A stretch of DNA of 64,000 nt, from the NCBI GenBank assembly GCA_001818495.1, contig MHKS01000002.1:16120-80119 (forward strand), in the 5' to 3' direction. This DNA is from Candidatus Komeilibacteria bacterium RIFOXYD1_FULL_37_29 (GTDB lineage: Bacteria; Patescibacteriota; Patescibacteriia; UBA1558; GWA2-36-10). Positions 1 to 10,467 of this stretch are shown here, in pieces (position 1 is the first letter of the stretch; each line of letters opens with the position of its first letter). Position numbers and translations under genes: made by a program. The notes under the pieces are model-generated. The model saw only the letters and a program-made list of their open reading frames with translations, was not told the DNA's origin and made no database searches.

Positions 1-109
1 AAAATGTCAAGGATAGAATTTTGATTGACAAGACGTTTAATTTAAAGGAATATTAATTAGTAAAGTTTGAACATTACAATAGTTTAACGATCCGAAAGGC
101 GGTGTTAAT

Positions 110-1189
110 ATGCAAGTTCCTAAACTGACAATCGGTCAGTTTACATTTGACAAGCCGATTGTCCAAGGCGCTATGGGGGTAAGGATATCTTCCTATCCTT
201 TGCCACCAATGGTGGCTAATCTAGGGGGGTGGGGTATGATTACCACCATTGGTTTGGGCGGCGATGAAGCTGTCCATCGTGATTATCCTCGGATTTCCAA
301 TGAGGCGCTCGTAGCCGAGATTGAACGTTGTTGCCAGCTCAGCACAAAACCAATGGCCGTCAATGTTATGGGGGCGCTCAGCAATGTTAACGACTTGATT
401 GATACGGCTGTCAGAAGCGGTATCAAAATTGTTGTTTACGGAGCGGGCATTCCTTTAGATTTGCCCAAGCTAGTACCTGATCTTAGTGTTAATTTGGTAC
501 CAATTGTTAGTTCAGCCCGATTGGTTAGGATAATCCTTTCCCGGTGGGCAAAGAAGTATCAGCGCTTACCAGCAGCCTTTGTTCTAGAGGGACCCTTGGC
601 CGGGGGTCATCTTGGCTTCAATCAATATGAGCTTGATCACCCAGAGATATTCAATTTAAAGAATATTTTGGCCGAGGTGCTGGCCGTTGTTCGTCCTTAC
701 GAACAAATGTTTGGTCAAAAGATCCCAGTGATTGTTGCTGGTGGGATTTTGATAGCTGATGTTCCATATTGGTTATCTTTAGGCGCTGCCGCTGTACAAC
801 TGGGCACACTTTTTGTGATGACAGACGAATGTCCGGCCGCGCCGGAATTTAAACAGGCTTACTTGGAGGCTAAGCCAGAAGATGTACACATCATTCATTC
901 GCCCGTCGGTCTATTGGGCCGAGTTATTCATAGTCCTTTTCTGGATAAAGTTGCCGCTGGGCAGGTTAAGATAGAGTGTCCTTATCACTGTATCACTTCC
1001 TGTGAGATCAAAACCGCTAGGTTTTGTATTGCCCGGGCACTTTATAATGCCAAGTTAGGACTACTCGATGACGGTCTTATTTTCGCCGGTGCCAACGTGC
1101 ACCTGATGGATCGTATTATTCCGGTTAGCCAACTAATGGCTGAAATTATAGAAGGGATAGAAGCCTCACCGCTTTCTTTGCCTTCTTGA
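110..1189 (+). CDS. Nitronate monooxygenase / NAD(P)H-dependent flavin oxidoreductase (NMO, FabK-like) family protein
   Basis: 359 aa; N-terminal IVQGAMGV...ANLGGWGMI and later ILIADV...GAAAVQLGTLF resemble the FMN-binding TIM-barrel NMO family; strong hairpin terminator downstream. Confidence 0.55.
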   Translation: MQVPKLTIGQFTFDKPIVQGAMGVRISSYPLPPMVANLGGWGMITTIGLGGDEAVHRDYPRISNEALVAEIERCCQLSTKPMAVNVMGALSNVNDLIDTAVRSGIKIVVYGAGIPLDLPKLVPDLSVNLVPIVSSARLVRIILSRWAKKYQRLPAAFVLEGPLAGGHLGFNQYELDHPEIFNLKNILAEVLAVVRPYEQMFGQKIPVIVAGGILIADVPYWLSLGAAAVQLGTLFVMTDECPAAPEFKQAYLEAKPEDVHIIHSPVGLLGRVIHSPFLDKVAAGQVKIECPYHCITSCEIKTARFCIARALYNAKLGLLDDGLIFAGANVHLMDRIIPVSQLMAEIIEGIEASPLSLPS

Positions 1190-1197
1190 ACCAAAAA

Positions 1198-1245
1198 GAG
1201 GACTGTGCGACTGGAGGGCCACACAGTCTTTTTTAATTGACTCTA
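1198..1245 (+). terminator. Rho-independent terminator (7-bp stem gactgtg/cacagtc + T-run)
   Basis: inverted repeat followed by tttttt seen directly. Confidence 0.5.
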
Positions 1246-1271
1246 TATTTTAATTAATATATCATAATTTT

Positions 1272-1922
1272 ATGATTACCAAAGAAGTTATCCAATTAGC
1301 TAAAAAAGTTAGCAATTATTTAATGATGCATCATCAGCTGGAGAAAGCTGATTGTATTTTGGTTTTGGGAACTTATGATGAAAGATTGGCTATGCGTGGG
1401 GCAGAGCTGTATTTGACTGGCTGGGCGCCACTATTGGTTTTTTCTGGTGGGCTGGGAGAGTTTGCCAAAAAAAATTGGCATGAGCCAGAAGCCGAACGCT
1501 TTACCAAAATCGCTATAAAAATGGGAGTGCCTAAAGAAAAAATTTTAATTGAAAAGAAGTCTACTAATACAGGAGAAAATATAATTTTTACTAAAGAGCT
1601 TTTTAAAAACCATAGTCTTGACCCACATAGTTTTATTATAGTGCAAAAACCGCATATGGAGAGAAGAAGCTATGCTACTTTTAAAAAACATTGGCCGGAT
1701 AAAAAAATATTAATAACTTCCCCACAAATATCTTTTGAAGATTATCCCACCAAGGGCATATCAATGAAGCGGGTAATCAATACATTGGTTGGTGATATGC
1801 AGAGAATAAAAATTTATCCTAAAATGGGCTATCAAATTTATCAAGAGATTCCCGATGATGTTTGGTCTGCCTATGAAAAATTGGTGGAGCTGGGTTATGA
1901 CGAGCGCCTGATTAGTGAGTAG
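1272..1922 (+). CDS. YdcF/DUF218 (SanA/ElyC-like) domain protein
   Basis: 216 aa; CILVLG...LLVFSGGLG...STNTGENI pattern typical of DUF218. Confidence 0.55.
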   Translation: MITKEVIQLAKKVSNYLMMHHQLEKADCILVLGTYDERLAMRGAELYLTGWAPLLVFSGGLGEFAKKNWHEPEAERFTKIAIKMGVPKEKILIEKKSTNTGENIIFTKELFKNHSLDPHSFIIVQKPHMERRSYATFKKHWPDKKILITSPQISFEDYPTKGISMKRVINTLVGDMQRIKIYPKMGYQIYQEIPDDVWSAYEKLVELGYDERLISE

Positions 1923-1965
1923 TTTTTCAATTGACTATTGGTATAGTTTAGGGCACAATATATTT

Positions 1966-3108
1966 ATGAAAATTATAGTTGCTACACCCCTATATCCTCC
2001 TGAAGGAGAAAGAATAGCTGTCTATAGTCGCCAGCTGGCCAAAAATTTAGGTGCCAAACATCAGGTGACGGTTTTGACTTATGGCTATAAAATAGAACCA
2101 ATAAATAATCTTCAGGTGGTAGTAATTGATAAAACTAAACCACTACCCATTAGACTTTTTAATTATGCTAAAAGTCTTTTGGCTTTAGCCAAAAGCCATG
2201 ATCTTATTTATGTACAAAACGCCGGAGCTATTGGACTCCCGGCTATTTTGGTAAAATATTTAAGTCGCAAACCAGTCATAATTAATTTTTTTGAAGACGA
2301 GGCTTTTAAAAGAGCTTTCCATCAGTCTTTGACGGATCAGCCACTAGAAGTTTTTTTAAAACATCCGCCGGCCAATGCTAAGATTAAAAGGATCATTAAA
2401 GTACAAGGCTGGGTACTTAGGCATGCTTCTTTGATCACAGTTTCTTCAGAGTATTTGGCTAAACTGCTTAGTGAAAATTATAAAGTATCACCGGAAAAAA
2501 TTGTCGTTAATCATTTAGCAGAAGACAGAGAGGAAAAGTTGCCTTTGCCTGTCCTAAAGAATCGTCATCAGATATTGGCCAGCGGACCGCTTTTGGACTC
2601 TTCTGGTTTGGACAAAATTATTCAAGCTGTAGCTAAGCTCAAGGAAAAATTTGCTGATATTCAGTTGATAATTACTGGCCAGGGGCAAAAGAAAAAACAA
2701 TTAATGGGATTAGTTCAGAAGTTAAAGTTAGATAGTAATGTAAAATTTTTAGGTCGAGTTTCTCAAGCAGAAAATTGGTATTTACTCAAAACCTCTAGTG
2801 TTTATGTGCACAATTTTTCCGGCTGGGATCAAAATGATCAAATCACTCGTAGCCTTTTGGCCAAGACATCGGTGTTGGCTCAAGACAATGTTTTAAATCA
2901 GGAAATTTTATCAAAAAATTCTAGTGGTCTTTTATTTTCAGCCACTAAGCCAGAAGATTTGGTCAGTCAACTAGACAAAATACTGACAGTCGAGAGTCTA
3001 GGGGAAGGATTGACCGTGCGGGCTAGTCAAAATTTGGTCGATAATTTTTCTTGGGAGTTTCATCTTAATAACTTAAATAGTATTTTCTCATCTTTGTTGA
3101 AAAAGTAA
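1966..3108 (+). CDS. Glycosyltransferase family 1 (GT4-like)
   Basis: ORF 1915-3108 overlaps the upstream gene; likely start at MKIIVATPLYPP (ATG 1966); C-terminal half has GT1-type fold signature; sits in an envelope glycosylation cluster. Confidence 0.5.
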   Translation: MKIIVATPLYPPEGERIAVYSRQLAKNLGAKHQVTVLTYGYKIEPINNLQVVVIDKTKPLPIRLFNYAKSLLALAKSHDLIYVQNAGAIGLPAILVKYLSRKPVIINFFEDEAFKRAFHQSLTDQPLEVFLKHPPANAKIKRIIKVQGWVLRHASLITVSSEYLAKLLSENYKVSPEKIVVNHLAEDREEKLPLPVLKNRHQILASGPLLDSSGLDKIIQAVAKLKEKFADIQLIITGQGQKKKQLMGLVQKLKLDSNVKFLGRVSQAENWYLLKTSSVYVHNFSGWDQNDQITRSLLAKTSVLAQDNVLNQEILSKNSSGLLFSATKPEDLVSQLDKILTVESLGEGLTVRASQNLVDNFSWEFHLNNLNSIFSSLLKK

Positions 3109-3109
3109 T

Positions 3110-4198
3110 ATGGCTATCAGTTATCTAAAAAATTGGGAAGAGTTTCGTGATCAGGAGTTAATCAAGGCTACTTTGCTTTTGGAGCAGTTGGGATTTTCTT
3201 TGGATACAAAACAGGTGCATATTAGTGGAGAAAGGTATTTGACTGGCAACCGCAAGTTAGTTTTATTGGGTTTTAGAAATAGCGACCAAAAACCAGTGGT
3301 GATGAAAGTTTCTAGCGATCCAGCTATAATTTCTGAGATAGAAGATGAGCGGCGGTCCCGCAATATTTTAAAAGAAATTAATTTTGCTTATCATATTTTT
3401 TCTTTTCCACCAGAGATTTTATATACTCACAAACAGGGTTGTGTTATTTTTATTACCGAGTTTATTGAGCAGGAAATGACTTTTTTAGAGCGTCCATTGG
3501 CCGAGCAGTTTTTTATAGCTCTAAAGGCTTTTGAAGCTCAAGAGGCTATTCACGCTACCACTTATGAGCATGCTAATATTATTAAAAAAGTCTTTGGTAT
3601 TTTTACGGCGCAGATTTATTTGGAAAAAATTAAAGAGTATTCTCGTGATATTGAAATAGTTTTTCAAGATGATAAAAATTTGAAAGGGGTTTTAGACAGA
3701 GCTCATGAGTTTATTGCCAATAATCTAGAAACCATAGATATTTATTCCAATTTTTTGACGCATTGGGACTTTGTGCCCCATAATTTTAGAGTATGGGGTA
3801 GTGAAATATATTTATTGGATCATGCCGCTTTGCGTTTTGGTAATAAATATGAAAGCTGGGCCAGGTTTATCAATTTTATGACTTTATACAATGAAAAGTT
3901 GGAGCAGGCCTTACTGAGCTATGTAAAAAATAATCGTGATCAATCAGAATATTTGTCTCTTAGATTAATGAGGGTTTTTCGTTTAGTCGAAATTATTTGG
4001 TATTATACTAACACTTTAGTCAAGGCTGTGGGCGATTTACACACTTTAAATCAGAAAAGAATTATTTTTTGGACTAAAGTATTGGAGTCTGTTTTAGCCG
4101 ATCAGCCGGTAAGTAGAAATATTGTGGAAGAATATAAACGTATTAGAGACAATCTGCGTAGTCCAGAAGAAAAAGAGCGTCAAAAGAAATTGCATTAA
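3110..4198 (+). CDS. Kinase-like phosphotransferase (APH/choline-kinase fold) protein
   Basis: 362 aa; VVMKV (beta3 Lys), HWDFVPHNF (HxDxxxxN catalytic loop), LLDHAALRFGNKYESWARF (DFG-like segment); embedded between glycosyltransferases. Confidence 0.4.
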   Translation: MAISYLKNWEEFRDQELIKATLLLEQLGFSLDTKQVHISGERYLTGNRKLVLLGFRNSDQKPVVMKVSSDPAIISEIEDERRSRNILKEINFAYHIFSFPPEILYTHKQGCVIFITEFIEQEMTFLERPLAEQFFIALKAFEAQEAIHATTYEHANIIKKVFGIFTAQIYLEKIKEYSRDIEIVFQDDKNLKGVLDRAHEFIANNLETIDIYSNFLTHWDFVPHNFRVWGSEIYLLDHAALRFGNKYESWARFINFMTLYNEKLEQALLSYVKNNRDQSEYLSLRLMRVFRLVEIIWYYTNTLVKAVGDLHTLNQKRIIFWTKVLESVLADQPVSRNIVEEYKRIRDNLRSPEEKERQKKLH

Positions 4199-4200
4199 AA

Positions 4201-4229
4201 AAATCCTCGTTTAGTTGAGGATTTTTTTA
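4201..4229. terminator. Bidirectional hairpin terminator between convergent genes
   Basis: aatcctc...gaggatt + T7. Confidence 0.5.
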
Positions 4230-5395
4230 AATATCTTTTCTTTCATCTGTGTAGCAATATTGTCCCAGTTGTATTTTTCACAAACCATTTGGTGAGCTGA
4301 GTCAGTGATAGTTTTTACTTTGCTGGGATTTTTTAAAATATCTCGGACGGCTTCGGCTATTTGCTGGGGACTGTCTTTATCTACTACCCAGGCTGTCTTT
4401 TGATCAAAGATAAATTCACTTAGTCCACCCGATCTAGTAGCTATCACCGGTAGGTGAGAAGCCATGGCTGATAAAAAGGCATTACCTAGGCCTTCACTGC
4501 GACTAGGCCCGACAAAAATATCGGATATTTTTCTATACTTAGTGACTTCAGTCCTGTCGACGGCGCCGACAAAGATTACTCTTGATGTTAGACCCAACTC
4601 TTGGCTTAGTTTTTTTAGATTGTCTTCTTCCGGTCCGTCTCCGACTAGTAGAAACTTTATGTTTGGCTCCAATTTGGCCAGCGCCCTGATAACACTATCA
4701 TGACCCTTTTGAGCTACTAGGCGGGCAGTGTTAACCAAATAAATATCATTGGTTTGCTTATTTAATTTTATTTTTAATCTATTTAATTCTTCAGCCGGTG
4801 TGTCATTTTTAAAATCTTGAGGGTTAGCACCATTATAAATCAACACAATATTTTTTGGTTTAACACCACGCTTTTTGGCCCAATCAGCCAAGTAAGCAGA
4901 AATGGTCTGGACAACTGTTGCTTGACTAAAAGCTTTGGTAAATAGAGGCCAGAGCGGTCGCATGGTCTTTTCTATTTTGGCTATTGGATCGCCTTCCTGC
5001 AGAGTCAGGGCGTATTTTATCTGAGGGTAAAAAATATTAAAAATAGTTGTCGGCACACCAGTGGAGTGAGCCATCATGGACCACAATGCGTCATATTTAT
5101 ATTTTTTGTGCAGACGCCAGGCTTTTAGTGGTGTTAAAAGTTGGTAAAGTGGTTTGTTTAAATCCAGTGGTAATTTTCCCAGATCTTTAAAACTAGGATT
5201 TTGGGTGGTCAGGCCGATTCGATGAATCAAGATATTACCAATTTTTTCAGTTTTAGGTAGGTAACTATTGTATCTTAAAGTTACCATGTGAAATTCAATA
5301 TCATGAGTGCGATCAGTGATCTCTTTGATAGCCGCCTCGGCACCACTGACATTATGGGGGTAATAGCTTAGAGAAAAAATCAAAATCTTTTTCAT
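4211..5395 (-). CDS. Glycosyltransferase family 4 (Glycos_transf_1)
   Basis: 394 aa; EGLGNAFLSAMASHLPVIATRSGGLSEF typical GT4 C-terminal motif. Confidence 0.8.
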   Translation of the reverse strand: MKKILIFSLSYYPHNVSGAEAAIKEITDRTHDIEFHMVTLRYNSYLPKTEKIGNILIHRIGLTTQNPSFKDLGKLPLDLNKPLYQLLTPLKAWRLHKKYKYDALWSMMAHSTGVPTTIFNIFYPQIKYALTLQEGDPIAKIEKTMRPLWPLFTKAFSQATVVQTISAYLADWAKKRGVKPKNIVLIYNGANPQDFKNDTPAEELNRLKIKLNKQTNDIYLVNTARLVAQKGHDSVIRALAKLEPNIKFLLVGDGPEEDNLKKLSQELGLTSRVIFVGAVDRTEVTKYRKISDIFVGPSRSEGLGNAFLSAMASHLPVIATRSGGLSEFIFDQKTAWVVDKDSPQQIAEAVRDILKNPSKVKTITDSAHQMVCEKYNWDNIATQMKEKIFKKILN

Positions 5396-5396
5396 A

Positions 5397-6287
5397 CTAA
5401 TGGCTCTTTTTAATTGTCTCTATGTATGATTTTAAAGTGTATTTTTGTCTCCAACCCAATTTTTTGATTTTACTGGAATCAAAAGCTTTGGAGGAGCGAG
5501 TGGTTTTTGTAGCTGGAGCCATAGTAATTTGGCAGCCAAACATTTTAGCTACTTGTAAAAGTGAATAAGTTTCTTTAGCGCTAATTCCATAATCATCCCC
5601 CTGGCCGTATTGGCCGGCTAAGATAATTCCGTCGACGGTATCAGACACATGAGTGAAGGCTCTAGTTTGGGTACCGGGTTTTCTGATGGAACATTTTTTA
5701 TTTTTTAGATAGCTTTGTTTAAGCGTCTCAATGATTGTGCCGTAAGCTCCATTAAACTGACCGGCTCTTTCTCGTGGTCCATAAACATTGTAAAAATAAA
5801 CTGTCGCATATTTTAATCCGTACCAACGAGCATAATTTTTTACCAATTCGGTATTGATAGCTTTGGTCCAGGTATAAGGAGCCAAGTCACGTCCTCTGGT
5901 GCCATCAACACGAGATGGATTAAACTTGGTGGAAGAGCCGGCATAGACTAATTTGCATTTATGTTTTCTCCAAAATTCCAAGACGCCAAAGGTACCAGCC
6001 ACATTAAGATCCCAGACTACAGCCGGTTCATGCAAACTGGCGGCTACTCGTGAATATTCTCCCAAATGATAGATAATATCTGGTTTTTCGTGGATGTATT
6101 TGGCGATATCTTTGGTGTGTCCTTTTCTGTAAATAGCGCCGGGCAGGTGATTTTTTACTGAACCGGAAAAGTAGTTATCCAGAGAAATAACCTTATTAGA
6201 TTTTGATTTTAATAGTTTTTCAATAAGGTTGGATCCGATAAATCCTGCTCCGCCAGTTATCACTATTATTTTTTTATTTGGGGCCAT
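5397..6287 (-). CDS. NAD-dependent epimerase/dehydratase (SDR family)
   Basis: 296 aa; N-terminal IVITGGAGFIGSNL Rossmann GxxGxxG; 2-bp from upstream GT gene (operon). Confidence 0.8.
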   Translation of the reverse strand: MAPNKKIIVITGGAGFIGSNLIEKLLKSKSNKVISLDNYFSGSVKNHLPGAIYRKGHTKDIAKYIHEKPDIIYHLGEYSRVAASLHEPAVVWDLNVAGTFGVLEFWRKHKCKLVYAGSSTKFNPSRVDGTRGRDLAPYTWTKAINTELVKNYARWYGLKYATVYFYNVYGPRERAGQFNGAYGTIIETLKQSYLKNKKCSIRKPGTQTRAFTHVSDTVDGIILAGQYGQGDDYGISAKETYSLLQVAKMFGCQITMAPATKTTRSSKAFDSSKIKKLGWRQKYTLKSYIETIKKSH

Positions 6288-6360
6288 TTTATGATTGATT
6301 TTAAAGTTTTAATATAGTAAGATTATATTACTTGAAATAAAAAGTAAAGATAAACATCGT

Positions 6361-6768
6361 ATGGTAAAAGCTGTTTGGCGATATATTGTTAATAATATAT
6401 ATTTTTTAATAAAATATGGAACAGTGGGTTTGATTTCAGGAGTGTTTGATTTTGGTGCTTTATTTATTTTAACAGATTGGGCACATTTATATTATTTAGT
6501 TTCAGCGACGATTGCCTTTATTTTAGGAGGCTCTACCAACTATTGGCTTAATAAGCATTGGACCTTTAAATCCAATGGTCAGCATAGAAAACAGTTACCG
6601 ATATTTTTTACTTTAGCTACCATAGGTCTGATTATCAATAATTATATTTTGTATGTATCAGTCGAGCATTTTAACTTTCATTACTTATGGGGTAAAGTAT
6701 TAGCCGCTGGTATAGTATTATTTTGGAATTTTTTTGGTAATAAATATCTCACTTTCAGAGTTAAATAA
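6361..6768 (+). CDS. GtrA family membrane protein (polysaccharide biosynthesis/flippase-associated)
   Basis: 135 aa, 4 TM; C-terminal FFGNKYLTFR GtrA signature. Confidence 0.7.
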   Translation: MVKAVWRYIVNNIYFLIKYGTVGLISGVFDFGALFILTDWAHLYYLVSATIAFILGGSTNYWLNKHWTFKSNGQHRKQLPIFFTLATIGLIINNYILYVSVEHFNFHYLWGKVLAAGIVLFWNFFGNKYLTFRVK

Positions 6769-6809
6769 AAAAACACCCCGCCAATCAAACAGGGTGTTTT
6801 TATTTTGTT

Positions 6810-7772
6810 TTAAATCATTTTCTTAAACTCTTCAACCATTGGCACCTGCTCGGATTCTAGTCCATATCCTTGGGAGGTATAGTATGATGCCCAGTCGGCT
6901 AGCAAAAGATTGGCAAATATTTCTTGCCAGCGGTTGTGTCCGGATAATTTAATATTGATAATCGGCAGACCTCTCTTTTGATAAAGCTGACCGGTTACGG
7001 CCATTCGTTTTTTTAGCTGGGAGTGGTCTTTGTTATCTTGGATAAAAATAAAACTAAAATTTTTTGATAAATTTTTTGTCTTGTCGGCCACATCAAAACC
7101 AGTCATTTCATTGTGGTTTAATTCCGGCAAGACATTGTAAAAGGCGGGTATTTTTCCGGTTTCATTAAATTTTATTTTCCAGTTGTAAGCCAGAGCCAAG
7201 TTGTGTTCTGAAGAATAGACAATAGGCACTCTATTTTTTAATTGTTGAGCCAGTTTTTTACCAGCCTTTTCGTATTTTTGTCCAGATAGAGTTTTGGCCA
7301 ATTGGTGTAGATTTTTATTGGCTTGGTTTTGTTTCATGGCTTTTAGTAGTGCCCTGCAGGAAAAGCCCAAAGCCGAGCGGGGCTGGATATTAGTATTGGG
7401 TATTTGGATATAGGGAAGATTTTTGGCTATGGCAAATTTAATTAGCTTACCGCCCACGGCAATAATTATAATGTTTAGTTTTTTGCGGTAGGCTAGACTG
7501 ACACCACTGATTACTTCGGCGGTATTACCAGAATAAGAGCTGGCAATAATCAGATAATTTTTTAGTTCTTTATCAGACAGGGGTGGCAAGTTGTAGTCTT
7601 TGTGGATAATAATATTAAGCTGGGGATAGACACTTTTGATAACGTCAGCCGCTAGATGTGATCCACCCATACCTAAAACAATATATTTTTTGGTCGGGCG
7701 ATATTTTTTATTATTTTTTATAATTGGTTGATAAGCAAATTGCTTAGGAAAGTCTAGAAAGGATTTTTTCAT
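6810..7772 (-). CDS. Bifunctional phosphoglucose/phosphomannose isomerase-like SIS protein (archaeal-type PGI/PMI)
   Basis: 320 aa; SIS motifs IVLGMGGSHLAADV and SYSGNTAEV. Confidence 0.55.
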   Translation of the reverse strand: MKKSFLDFPKQFAYQPIIKNNKKYRPTKKYIVLGMGGSHLAADVIKSVYPQLNIIIHKDYNLPPLSDKELKNYLIIASSYSGNTAEVISGVSLAYRKKLNIIIIAVGGKLIKFAIAKNLPYIQIPNTNIQPRSALGFSCRALLKAMKQNQANKNLHQLAKTLSGQKYEKAGKKLAQQLKNRVPIVYSSEHNLALAYNWKIKFNETGKIPAFYNVLPELNHNEMTGFDVADKTKNLSKNFSFIFIQDNKDHSQLKKRMAVTGQLYQKRGLPIINIKLSGHNRWQEIFANLLLADWASYYTSQGYGLESEQVPMVEEFKKMI

Positions 7773-7776
7773 AGAT

Positions 7777-8736
7777 TTATTTTTTAAGTAACTTTAAAGC
7801 GTGTTGAATAATATAAGGATGGGTCAATTGGTGTTTTTCCCAAAGTTCTTCGGCCTGGCCGCTTTGTCCAAATTGGTCACTGACACCCATTATTTTTAGT
7901 GGTCGAGGCAGGCTTTGAGACAGTAGCTCGGCCACGGCTGATCCTAGGCCACCATGTATTTGATGATCTTCTAGGGTAATAGCTCGGCCAGTTTTTTTGA
8001 CACTAGCTAAAATAGTTTTTGCATCCAATGGTTTAATACTAGAAGAATTTATTATTTCTGCTCTAATTCCTTTTTTGGCTAATTCACGGGCAGCTAAGAT
8101 GGCTTCATAAAGTAAAGGACCAATACCAATGATAGTAATATCTTTTCCGGGTATTAGTATTTTGGCTCGGCCGATGATAAAGGTTTGTTTAGTAACAGTA
8201 AAAATCGGACTGGCTTGTCTGGCAAAACGAAGATAGACTGGACCTTGATGTTTAGCGGCGGCTAGGGTGGCCATTTTAGTTTCATTAAAATCCGCTGGCG
8301 CTAAAACTACCAAGTTTGGTAAGCATCTAGTGATGGCAATATCTTCTAAGGCTTGATGGCTAGCTCCGTCTGGTCCGACTGATAATCCAGTGTGGCTGGC
8401 TATTATTTTTACATTGGCTCGAGAATAGCAAATAGATACTCGTAGTTGATCCCAATTTCTGCCGGGGCTAAATACACCAAAACTAGTGGCAAAGGGGATT
8501 TTTCCTTCTAGCGCTAAACCAGTGGCTACGCCCAGCATATTTTGTTCGGCTACTCCTACTTCAATGAATCGCTCATGATATTTTTTGGCAAAAGGCTGGA
8601 CGCGAGTTGATTCGGCTAAATCAGCACTGACTACTACTACCTCTTTATTTTTTTTACCCAACTCCAACATAGCTTCGCCAAAACCATCGCGAGTAGAGCG
8701 CCAGTTATTTTTTTGTTGTTTTATGTTACTTACCAT
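7777..8736 (-). CDS. Transketolase, C-terminal subunit
   Basis: 319 aa; pyrimidine-binding and C-terminal domains of split transketolase; overlaps N-terminal subunit gene by 11 nt. Confidence 0.85.
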   Translation of the reverse strand: MVSNIKQQKNNWRSTRDGFGEAMLELGKKNKEVVVVSADLAESTRVQPFAKKYHERFIEVGVAEQNMLGVATGLALEGKIPFATSFGVFSPGRNWDQLRVSICYSRANVKIIASHTGLSVGPDGASHQALEDIAITRCLPNLVVLAPADFNETKMATLAAAKHQGPVYLRFARQASPIFTVTKQTFIIGRAKILIPGKDITIIGIGPLLYEAILAARELAKKGIRAEIINSSSIKPLDAKTILASVKKTGRAITLEDHQIHGGLGSAVAELLSQSLPRPLKIMGVSDQFGQSGQAEELWEKHQLTHPYIIQHALKLLKK

Positions 8737-9550
8737 GTTGTAGTTCTTTTAAAGCTTTAGCTGCTTCTTCTTTGTTGGGCGCTAAGCCGTGCCAAGAATA
8801 TTTATTTTCCATAAAGGAAACACCTTTGCCTAAAATAGTGTGGGCGATGATAGCCACGGGTCTTTTGATGGTTTTGGCTTTTTCCAAAGTCTTGATGATA
8901 TTTTTAATATCATGACCATTTGTTTCTAAAACCTCCCAGCCAAAAGCTTCGTATTTTTTACGCAGAGAGAGGAGGGGCATAATATCTTTGGTGTAGCCAT
9001 CAATTTGAATGCCATTGTAATCAACAATGTTGATTAGATTACCAAGCTGGTATTTATGAGCGGTCATCAGGGCTTCCCAGAGTTGGCCTTCGTTGTGCTC
9101 TCCGTCAGAGCTAATACAAAAAATGTGATGATTTTGTTTATTCATCTTAGCAGCTAGGGCCATACCAACTGCCTGAGAAATTCCTTGTCCGAGTGGACCA
9201 GAGCTGGTTTCTATGCCTGGTAGAGATCCGCGGTGGGGATGTCCTTGTAGTTGGCTATTTATTTTGCGTAAGCTTTTTAATTTAACTAGCGGAAAATATC
9301 CAGCTCGGGCTAAAGTAGCATATTGGACCGGACAGATATGGCCATTGGATAATATCAGTCTATCGCGATAAGGATTATTTGGTTGCTCTGGTATGTGTTT
9401 TAAAATTTTAAAATAAAGTACAGTAAAAATATCGGTCATACCCAATGATCCGCCGGCGTGTCCAGATCCAGCTAAAACTAGCATCCGGATAATATCTTGG
9501 CGGATAGTATTGGCAATAATTTTTAGTTCGCGGATATCAGGTTTCCTCAT
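8726..9550 (-). CDS. Transketolase, N-terminal (TPP-binding) subunit
   Basis: 274 aa; GHAGGSLGMTDIF...SDGEHNEGQ TPP-binding motif. Confidence 0.85.
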   Translation of the reverse strand: MRKPDIRELKIIANTIRQDIIRMLVLAGSGHAGGSLGMTDIFTVLYFKILKHIPEQPNNPYRDRLILSNGHICPVQYATLARAGYFPLVKLKSLRKINSQLQGHPHRGSLPGIETSSGPLGQGISQAVGMALAAKMNKQNHHIFCISSDGEHNEGQLWEALMTAHKYQLGNLINIVDYNGIQIDGYTKDIMPLLSLRKKYEAFGWEVLETNGHDIKNIIKTLEKAKTIKRPVAIIAHTILGKGVSFMENKYSWHGLAPNKEEAAKALKELQHGK

Positions 9551-9619
9551 ATACTGTATTTTATCATAATTTTAGTCGCAATAAAACTGAGTCTAGCTCA
9601 GTTTTATTGTTGGGCATTT

Positions 9620-10003
9620 TTATTTTTTTAAAGAATCCCTAATCTCTCTTAGTAGTATTGTGTCTTCATTGACTAAAGCTGGTTTGGCTTCTTCTTTTTT
9701 TCGCAACCTATTTATTTGTTTGATGACAATAAAGATAGACAAAGAGATAATTAAGAAGTCAAAAATGGTGTTTATAAATAGGCCGTAATTAAGAGTAATG
9801 GCCTCTACGCCAGCACCAGCTTTTTTTAGGGTGATATGTAGATTGGAAAAATCTATTCCGCCAGTCAAAAAACTAAGGGGTGGCATGATAATATCAGAGA
9901 CAAAAGAACTGACAATTTTTCCAAAAGCAGCGCCAATCACTACACCAACCGCCATATCCACCACGTTGCCTTTCATGGCAAAATTTTTAAATTCTTGTAG
10001 CAT
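9620..10003 (-). CDS. mscL: Large-conductance mechanosensitive channel
   Basis: 127 aa; [27 protein letters not shown] canonical MscL N-terminus. Confidence 0.9.
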   Translation of the reverse strand: MLQEFKNFAMKGNVVDMAVGVVIGAAFGKIVSSFVSDIIMPPLSFLTGGIDFSNLHITLKKAGAGVEAITLNYGLFINTIFDFLIISLSIFIVIKQINRLRKKEEAKPALVNEDTILLREIRDSLKK

Positions 10004-10005
10004 AT

Positions 10006-10467
10006 TTATTTAATTAGTTTATTTTTTCTAATTAGCGTTAGGCTGGCAATGGCTAGGAGAGTAGAAGTAAGGGCAGATAAGAGACAATATTGACAGAGGG
10101 CGTTTATTACAAAAAACATTAGATAAATCAGATAAAGAGAAAATATAAAACCGCCGATCGGGAGATATAAGATCACTAATTTGCTCCATTTATTTTGATT
10201 ATCGATATAAAGCAGAGTATTGATGAGGATAAAAAAATAATAAAGAGCTCCTAAAAGTGCCAAGGGTATGCCTAGTATTTGGCTATATTGACTAGTTAAG
10301 ACTTCTTGGCAACCAGAAATTAGCGAACAGGCAATATGTCCGGTAAAGTGTGAAACAGTCAAATAGATAGCATCCAAAAATCCAACCAAAGCCAATCCGG
10401 CTACGGCAAAAAAGAATTTATTGGAGTTTTGAAAGCTCGTCTCTAACGGCTTGTCGGAGTTTGTCAT
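10006..10467 (-). CDS. Vitamin K epoxide reductase (VKOR) family membrane protein
   Basis: 153 aa; CSLISGC CxxxxC motif followed by TM helices, second CQYC pair; annotated start overlaps dsbA stop by 50 nt (true start may be downstream). Confidence 0.55.
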   Translation of the reverse strand: MTNSDKPLETSFQNSNKFFFAVAGLALVGFLDAIYLTVSHFTGHIACSLISGCQEVLTSQYSQILGIPLALLGALYYFFILINTLLYIDNQNKWSKLVILYLPIGGFIFSLYLIYLMFFVINALCQYCLLSALTSTLLAIASLTLIRKNKLIK